Positions 11,904 to 20,000 of a stretch of 20,000 nt of DNA are shown one piece after another. The notes beneath the pieces are model-generated. The model did not search any database. It saw only the letters and a program-made list of their open reading frames with translations, and had not been told where the DNA came from. Numbering within the stretch: position 1 is the stretch's first letter; each line of letters begins with the position of its first letter. The position numbers were made by a program, and so were the translations under genes. Source of the DNA: Proteromonas lacertae (Eukaryota); contig NGBS01000323.1 in NCBI GenBank assembly GCA_002245135.1, positions 55,571 to 75,570 on the forward strand, read 5' to 3'.

Positions 11904-14194
11904 ATGTTGATCTATCAGCTTTATACATTTACATCAGTAATAGTTTTCACACTATTTCTTATAACTATGGCAATTCTATATTTTGTTCATGATCACATGA
12001 AAAACACCAAATCAAAAAAGGATACTTCTGAAGTATGTTTATTTGTGTATTGTATAGGATGAAAAAATGGAGATTTCTTCAATTAGGCTTATAAGCTCAC
12101 TTTTGGAACAATTGACACATTTAACATCTTCGAATATCAATAATGTGAAGTATTTTATTTATATTCACGAATAATAATATAGATATAAACCGAAATTATC
12201 AACATTGGAAAACATAGAAAAATATCAATCAGAAATTGAAAGACATATAGTATTATTATTAAGAAACAGCATTTACATCTTATATAGAAATGTAATAAAC
12301 TATTTAATCCAGAATTGTACTCTGAAGAAGATATACACAAGTATATTTTAGCTGTATGATTTACTCATTCTTTATACTCTATAAAATAGACTTATCAGAA
12401 TCTTCCCAATAATTTAATCGATTCAGAAAGTATAGAAATATTAAAATCATATTTAAAAACGTATAATAATAATAATTTAACAATCCATCACATTGTGTTA
12501 CTTTTATCTCAAATACCTGATAATAGAAGAATATTATTTCTTCTATTTAGCATATACTTATCACAAGTTGATGTATATTATTCAATTATTATTCATTATA
12601 TTATATATATAGAAATTATATCAAAAGTTGTTATTAAGTTATTATATTCCAAAGATATTTCTGATTAAAGACATACCAATTGATCAATTGAACCAAATAT
12701 TTCAATTAATACTCAACAATATCAATGAAATATATAAACTGTGGAAATCAAAGAAAATATCAAAATATTATAATGTATAATATTATATATAACTATTTAA
12801 CATATAATTAGAAATTAATAACAAGAAACTCGTTGAAGTATATCGAAGATACAATTCATACTGAAGAAAACAATTCAAATGATCCTCATATAATCAGTCA
12901 TTTATTAGGAAGATGGTTAATAGAGTATAAGATAATGATTAATTGTATATAGGTATGGAAATGATGAATATATAATGGAAAAAATCAAAATGTATTTATC
13001 CAAAGGATTAAATAGTGATAAAAAGCCAAATATAATCAAACATTTTGAAATTATTGAGTTTAAGTGGTGTAATACAACTCCAGAAATAAGCGATATTCAT
13101 ATACACAAAACTCTATTAAACGGAGAGTTTTGTTTTTCAGCTCTTTTACATAAGGAAAATGGTCCAATGATTAAGTTAGGAATTGATATTGATGTGAATA
13201 ATCGGTTTACTACTTTTCAAACCAAAATTGAAGTTATAATTTTAGTGAAGAAAATTTGTGGAAAATGTTCACTTTATATTCCTCCACCATTTGTGGATAA
13301 AGGATTTGGCTATATTACTTTCATATCTAAACCAGATGTTGAATTATCATTGGATATGAATATTGAAAGAATTAACAATATTAAATATCTAAAATCAATG
13401 ATTGAAGGATTTGTATTATGGAAGTTGAAAAATGTATAGAATTTAGTCTACATTACATTTTAATAGACTTTAATTGATAATTTATCTTTACCTCATTGGA
13501 TTCATGTCCCATTACCTTGGAAACATCGATTTCAAAAGGCAAATAATGCTCCATTTATACCTGTATTTAATATTTTGTTATTTATAATATAGAAAATATC
13601 AATCAAATCAAATCACAACAATCATAAACATAAGAGTATGAAAGAAAATAGGAGTAAAAAAATAGAAATGAAAAAGTCAATATCTTGTCCAACTTCTCCA
13701 AAAGAAAGTAATTTGAAGAGATGTTATTCAGATTCAAAATTATATGATAAGAATGGGAATTATGCAATAATTAATAATAACTATTTACATATGAATAATA
13801 ATCATGATAATACATCTCAAAGTGAAGATGTAATACTGCCAATTGAAAATTTGTCCAATCAAATCCATATTCCAACAGATATTCATTCACAGAATGATAA
13901 TAAAGAGAATAAAAATGGATCATTTATCTCTTCAGATATTCTAGAAGAATCAATGTTTGTTTAATATTTTATAATCTCATTTTTGTTATTTAGAAAGAAA
14001 AAAAGTTCTGGTTCTATCAAGAAGTTTGCTCGTATTATATATATTACTTATATATATTTCTAAATATAGAATTAGTTTCAAACACAATTCACAAACACAA
14101 GAAGAAAGAAATATCATTCACCAATCAAGTAGCATCCGTGTTTCATCGAAAAGGTAAAAGCAAAAAGACTGAATCACCAGCAACAGATAATTAG
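11904..14194 (+). CDS. Membrane-anchored protein: N-terminal TM helix, degenerate RhoGAP-like domain, SMP/TULIP (Mmm1/PDZD8/TEX2-type) domain, basic disordered tail
   Basis: Eleven GT-AG introns (12033-12057, 12150-12182, 12250-12287, 12354-12389, 12573-12612, 12775-12811, 12925-12952, 13434-13466, 13563-13592, 13955-13993, 14032-14069) give one open frame. TM 'FTSVIVFTLFLITMAILYFV'. SMP-like 'HLLGRW...KKPNIIKHFEIIEFKWCNTTPEISDI...VKKICGKCSLYIPPP...YITFISKPDVEL...NLSLPHW'. An alternative stop lies at 13964 if intron 10 is retained. Confidence 0.7.
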
Positions 14195-14238
14195 CAAAAA
14201 TACTTTTATTAATTTAACATAAATATTATATTATTAAT

Positions 14239-14660
14239 TTAAAAATCTGTTACTCTATATCCTCTCCCCAATGCATTATAACATAACAAACATGACAAGC
14301 CAAAACCCATAATTATTGTCACTTCTTGTTTAACAGCAAAATTGACATACATAAGGGATAAAAACAAAGCTATATACAATAATATTACAAATTAAATATA
14401 CAAGGAATAACACCAGCTAAGAATCCATAAATAAAACCAAGAATTGGTGAAAACACTGGAATCCATAATTTTCTGAATGAAGTACTCCAATATTTAATCC
14501 AATAATATATATAAAACAGCAAAAAGAAAGCAGCAGAACAAATGCAGTTAAAGAACATAATAGTACCGAATGATCCTATAATAAAATTTCGATAAATATC
14601 AATTATACTAAATCCATTATCTTTAGCCACTTGGAAGTCAATTAACAATCTTTTCATCAT
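14239..14660 (-). CDS. Small multi-pass membrane protein, TMEM170-like (paralogue B)
   Basis: Exons 14660-14609, 14575-14402, 14369-14239; introns of 33 and 32 nt. About 118 aa with three hydrophobic segments; 'PVFSPILGFIYGFLAGVIPSLFLSLMYVNF' resembles the TMEM170 hairpin. Clear paralogue of the adjacent gene. Confidence 0.6.
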
Positions 14661-14740
14661 TTTTCTTTTTTGAATAGCTTGAGAGTAATTCAAGCCTATT
14701 TCTTAAATCCCTCAATATCACCACTTGTAAATAGTCTTAT

Positions 14741-15158
14741 TTAACGATACATTTGTATTCGATATTGTCTACCTAACGCTAAATAACTCAACAAAAATGA
14801 TAACCCAAATCCCATTAAAATGATAATATCATTCTTTACTGCAAAGTTAGCATATAAAATAGCAAAAAATACAGCTATAAATGTTACAAATATATTTTAT
14901 TATATACATGGAACAATACCAGCAATGAAACCATAGGCAAAACCTACAAATACACTCAATATGGGAAATATCAGTTTTGTTAATGAATTATGCCAGTATC
15001 TCACCCAATAATACGTATAAACCACTAAAAATATAACAGCAGTTGAGATTGAGTTATAGAACATAATAATTCCAAATGAATCTAGCAAATAAACTAATTA
15101 AAATAATACTAAGACCATTTTCTCTGGCTAATTCGATTGATATTAAATTCCTTGCCAT
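14741..15158 (-). CDS. Small multi-pass membrane protein, TMEM170-like (paralogue A)
   Basis: Exons 15158-15110, 15081-14908, 14874-14741; introns of 28 and 33 nt at the same positions and phases as in paralogue B. 'SFGIIMFYN...YYWVRYW...GFAYGFIAGIVPSVFFAILYANFAVK...MGFGLS...ALGRQYR'. Confidence 0.6.
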
Positions 15159-15225
15159 TTTTAAAGAAAATAGAAGAAAAAAGAATGAAAAGCTTGATTA
15201 CTATCAAGCATATCAAACACGAAAA

Positions 15226-17442
15226 ATGAATAAACACAAAGACGATAAAGTATCTTTGAAAACTTTGAAGGAATTCAGAAAGGGTATCCTATTCTTTAAC
15301 AATTAATTAGGTTTAAGAGAGTTGAATAAGTCAAAGAAGAAATATCCTTGGATGAATGAAAGATCCGTAGAACAGAAACGTGCTTTTAGTATTTAATAGA
15401 AAATGTTTAATTTAATTATAGTTAGTATATTAGCATGTAACTCTATGTGGTATAAAAGTGATTATGTCTATCAATACTGCTCTAATGCTTTAATACATAT
15501 ATCAGTTGACTATTTGACATTAACAAAAGAAGAAGCAAACATGTTGGTCTCTGTTATAGGAATTGATGATGTTGATCAAAGCAATTTTCTGGTGAAGTAT
15601 AAGTGATAATTAATACTATATATTCATAGTTTTGAAGATACAAATGATCTATATGAAATGTTATTAGATTTATTTGTTCAATTATTAATGGAAAGAGAAT
15701 ATGATGTTAGATTAAGATCAATGATTTTAAAAACAATAAAACAATTCTCAGTATTTGTTATTATCTTTATTAAATGAATATATATAGTTATCATTAGAGA
15801 AATATTATATAAGTGAAAATTATCTAGTTTCAATACTATTGGATGGATATCTTAAAACCTTAAATAGTAAAAATCAAAAATCTAAAAAGAAAGTATATTG
15901 GTTTTTGTTTATTTTCTTATGATTTATTAGAATTGGAAGAAATGGGCAATGATTGGTGGAGGTGCTGTAGTTGGTGGAACATTGGCTGTATTAACAGGCG
16001 GATTGATTGTTCCAGCACTTGGTGGTTTAGCGACTGCAATTGGTATGTTTTCTCTTCATCACTATAAATTCATTTTCTATTTTTTACCTTTTAATAAAAT
16101 ATTGAAATTCTTATTCTTCAGTCCTAAATGTATATATTTTATAAATACAAGAGGGACTAAGTTAATTATCATATTCTTATTTTATAGGGGTGTTAGGTGG
16201 AGCAACAGCAGCTGCAATTGCAGCAGGTATTTTTATTATTTCATCTTTTATTATTTAATATGAATAGTTCTTTCTGGATTTCTTTCAACTACTGCAGGAA
16301 TTGCTGTTGTTACTACTTTATTTGGAGTTGGAGCAGCTGGATTATCAGGGTAAGAATCATTATTTTATTCTCATCTTTTTTCCTATTAGTTTTGTTTATA
16401 AATCTTATAAGAAAGTTAGTTCTGTTGTGTATTTAATATATTTCATGACTTTTTATACTGACTATATATATATATATTATTCATCATCTTATATTTAATA
16501 TTTATAAATATATATAGTCAACATATGAATCATCGATTTGATGATGTAAAAGAATTTGAAATAAAAAATATAGGAAATGAAGAAGGTCATTTATGTATTA
16601 ATTTATGTATAAGTGGATGGATTAGTAAAGAGAATGAATATATGTATAATTGGGGATATAAAAGTTGGTGGAAAGAATTATATAATGAAAGTGATCATTA
16701 CTGTTTAATATGGGAAAGTAAAGAACTAAAATCATTAGGAAATGTGATGGATAATTTGATAGTTTCAACTGCTGGAACGATTGTAGCAACAGAAGTAATA
16801 AAAAAGACAATTTTGAATGGAATTATGTCAGCTATTACTCTGCCTTTAACTTTAATGAATGTTGCTTCGTTGATCGATAATCCTTGGAGTGTTGCTTTAC
16901 AGAGAAGTGAAAATAGTGGAAATTTATTAGCTGAATTAATAAAAAGTGATGAATATGGAAAAAGACCAATTAATTTGATTGGTTATTCCTTGGGAAGTCG
17001 ATTAATCTATAAATGTTTAATGAATCTAATAGAAGATGAAGAATATAAAAACAAGAATCATATAATAGAGAATGTGATTTTAATGGGAAGTGCAATAACA
17101 ATAAATAAGAAAGAATGGGAAAATATTCGTGAATTAATTCCTGGTAAAATAATCAATATCTATAGTTCAAATGATTGGATTCTTGGTTATTTATATCGAG
17201 CTAATGTATATATATTGATATATATAATATTGTAATAATAATAAATAGAAAGTAGCAATAGAGATAAGTGGATTAAAGCCAATCGAAGTAGAAGGAATAA
17301 TCAATATATCTTTTTTTAATATGAATATTATATTCTTTAACTTTTGAAAGTAGATGTGAGTGAAATAATCGAAGGTCATACTGACTATCCTCACAAGATT
17401 GAAGAAATAATGAGATATCTTCGAGAAAAAGAAATATTTTAA
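15226..17442 (+). CDS. TMCO4: TMCO4 / DUF726 (Mil1-like) membrane alpha/beta-hydrolase (lipase-like)
   Basis: Introns 15284-15310, 15389-15421, 15597-15629, 15751-15787, 15893-15930, 16043-16187, 16227-16267, 16350-16517, 17206-17248, 17306-17349. Motifs 'YDVRLR', 'KWAMIGGGAVVGGTLAVLTGGLIVP', 'LFGVGAAGLSG', 'DVKEF', 'LIDNPWSVALQRS', 'RPINLIGYSLGSRLI' (GxSxG nucleophile), 'NDWILGYLYR', 'NVDVSEIIEGHTDY'. Confidence 0.92.
15284..15310 (+). other. Putative U12-type (minor spliceosome) GT-AG intron, 27 nt
   Basis: GTATCCTA-TTCTTTAAC-AATTAATTAG. The 5' site matches U12 GTATCCT(T) and the branch box resembles TTCCTTAAC. Removal joins in frame (phase 1). Confidence 0.75.
17306..17349 (+). other. Putative U12-type intron with AT-AA termini, 44 nt
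   Basis: Begins ATATCTTT, has branch box TTCTTTAAC at 17333-17341 and ends TTTTGAAA. Removal gives the conserved 'GIIN|VDVSEIIEGHTDY'. No GT donor preserves that junction. Confidence 0.8.
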
Positions 17443-17514
17443 TTTTTCTTCATGTTTTGTTTTGTTTCTATTTAATAGAATAAAAAAAATTTCAATAATG
17501 AATGATATAGAATT

Positions 17515-20000
17515 TTACATCATTTCAACTTGGTTTTGACATCCTTCTCCACTAAATCCATCAAAACATTCACAAACACCTGTTGAGTAATTACAAATAC
17601 CTCTTCCACTACAATCTCTCTTTTCATCATCTTTTCCATTTGCATTTGTTGCTCCTTCTGGATCTACACTTGAAGGACATTCAATTAAACTACAATCATA
17701 TCCACGATGTCTTTTATCACATAAACAACCATATACTTCATCATCATATAATATATTGTTAGTTTCATATCTATTTCCAAATCCTCCATACTCTTTTAAT
17801 TCAGTATTTGATAATAATTCACTCATTGGAACACATCTACCATTTCCATTACAATTATTTGGACAATCTAATCTTTGACAAGAATCTCCACTAAATCCAT
17901 CAAAACACTCACATAATCCACTTTCTCTATTACATACACCTTGTCCACTACATTCTAATTTCTTATGAATATCATATCCATTATTTACATTTGCATTAAG
18001 TTGAATAGTAATATCACCAGTAATTGTAAACTTCTTATCAAGTATTACATAATAACCTTTAACATCTCCATCTAATTGTCTTAATTGTCTTCTTGTATCA
18101 GTTGGTGCAGGTAGTAAATTATAATCAACACTTATTATTTGAGCATAAGTTCCTCCAATCTTAATCCATCTGCCAGGTTGTAAATAATTCTCTATTATTG
18201 TTCTATTATCAGTTTCAAGTGGAATAAAGAATCTTCCTGTAGATTCAAATTCTTTATTAATTTTATCAACTAACTTATTTCCAATAACAATTTCAGTTTT
18301 ATCATTATCATTACTACAAACACCACCTTTTTTCATCAGTTGGATTACAAGGTGTTTCTGATGGGTTTTCTCCTTCTTTATAATATAATGTCCTTCCATA
18401 CTGACTATCTTCTAATTCAATTGGACTTCCATCAGGAGATGCTAATAATCGACATTCCATTTCTGTTGGCAACTCATCATTCTTATCATTTGGAGATAAT
18501 ATGAATATTGCATCATCACCTCCCATATCTTCAGGAACTACTAAATATTTTGTCACTTTCTTATCTTCACCTACACAACTTGCTTCATATACTTTATCTT
18601 CTTCTTCTTCTAATAATAATATTCGACTTTCACTTTTACCATAAAAACCATTCAATCTCAACATATTCGCTATTCCACTTATTGTTATAAAACAATAATC
18701 TTTACTTGAACAATCATCAGGAGTAATTATTTCACTTTTTATTAATGATAAATCATTTATTACTTCATTTACTTCACATATAAATGATTCAACAGCTTTA
18801 GGAATATCAAATAAATATTTCATTATATTATAACCATCTTCATCTTTTCCTAATAACATTGCCAATCCCTAAGAATTTATTACTCACTTTATCTCTACAT
18901 TGTAAATTTGCACCAATTTCACCAACATCTCCTATTATGTCGATTTTATCATCTTCTACTGGTTGAGGTTTTGTATTGATAATTGGCTTATCATCAGACT
19001 TTTGATAATACTGATATGTTACTTTATCAAAATCCTAAGAAATTAGTAGATTTTACATCACTTGAATCAATCTTTATTTCTTTCCATCTAATGAGTATAA
19101 TAAGTGACAAACCAAATCATTAGATGTAGTAGCTGAAAATGTTATAGTTACAGGAGTTGGTGAAGATAGAGAAATACCACTAATATCTAATTGATAAGAC
19201 TGACTTATTTCACCATCTGTACCACATTGGAAATTATAATTTCCATTTGATAAACCAAAATAATATAATGTTGTACCAGTCACAGTCGTAGTACATGTTG
19301 CAGGAGTAGAAGAAACTTTACATATTACATAATTTGATAAATCATTATATTTATTAATTGTCATACATTTCAATAAACTCAAATCTATAGAATTATCAAA
19401 TGATATAACTATTATATTATTCTCATTCTTTAAAACTAATCCATTTGATGCTGTATTAGTGTGATATATTAAACATGATAATTCACTACCTACATCATAT
19501 TTCACATTTGTAACTTCATATATTCCAGTTGCAGCTGGATTTTCTACAGCAGTTGGAATTGTTGGTTTCAATTGCAATGTAAATCCATCAGTAGTTGTTG
19601 ATATATCATACATTTTACCTAAATCACTCTTTTGAATAGCATCAAGAGTAGTAATTGAATTACCAGTAGCATTAGACATTAAGAAACACTTCTTACCTGC
19701 ATCTGGTACAGGATTACCATTTGTATCTACTTTAAATTGAATATTACCACTATCATCACCAACAGTTACATCATATAATTTATAATTATTATTTTCTACT
19801 TCACATAATAGTTGTGGTGAAGAAGGTAATTTTATATTCATATCTGTTAATGATGTAGTCTTAATACCATTCCATGTTATGCCGTTACTAGAATCATACT
19901 TTTGAACACCATAATACAATGTCAAATCATTATAACTCTCTAATACTTTACAATCATAATATTCAAGAGTTGGAGTTCCTGATTTAACAAAGTAATATTT
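17515..20000 (-). CDS. Large cysteine-containing extracellular protein with C-terminal EGF-like cluster, tubular mastigoneme (Sig/Ocm/Mas-like) type; 5' part outside window; two apparent frame breaks
   Basis: Frame is open from 20000. Introns 19035-19056 (22 nt) and 18869-18887 (19 nt). Frame breaks near 19080 and 18330. C-terminus 'ECSGQGVCNRESGLCECFDGFSGDSCQRLDCPNNCNGNGRC...GCLCD...GYDCSLIECP..VDP...RDCSGRGICNYSTGVCECFDGFSGEGCQNQ' with no C-terminal TM segment. Confidence 0.7.

Noticed and set aside
14285..14298. TGTTTGTT on the - strand positioned so that Blastocystis-style polyadenylation 5 nt upstream would create a TAA stop; the same octamer occurs at 13954-13961 (+)
   Set aside because: The coding sequence beyond this point is conserved with the paralogue up to an encoded stop, and the 13954 copy would not create a stop. 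All complete genes here have genome-encoded stops. GT-rich tracts after stops are suggestive only.
1..20000. Prokaryotic operon, CRISPR array, rRNA/tRNA genes, autonomous transposon
   Set aside because: The gene set and introns are eukaryotic. No spaced direct repeats, structural RNA signatures, or transposase/reverse-transcriptase motifs were seen.

Overview
This is AT-rich, very gene-dense eukaryotic nuclear DNA using the standard genetic code, with many tiny spliceosomal introns (mostly 25-43 nt, two of 19 and 22 nt). A flagellar gene (CFAP61) together with a tubular-mastigoneme-type EGF protein suggests a flagellated stramenopile; the intron style suggests a Blastocystis relative such as Proteromonas (inference). 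Nine genes were reconstructed by hand-splicing: CFAP61 (-, 3'-truncated) carrying an inserted degenerate adenylate kinase domain; an EF-hand-like protein (-); DNA2 nuclease/helicase (+); an STK19-like protein (+); a TM + degenerate RhoGAP + SMP lipid-transfer protein (+); two tandem TMEM170-like paralogues (-); a TMCO4/DUF726 lipase (+) with two apparent U12-type minor introns, one 27 nt and one AT-AA; and a large mastigoneme-like EGF protein (-, 5'-truncated). About eight single-base frame breaks in DNA2, STK19 and the EGF gene most likely are long-read indel errors, but recoding cannot be excluded from sequence alone. All family assignments come from motif recognition, not database searches.
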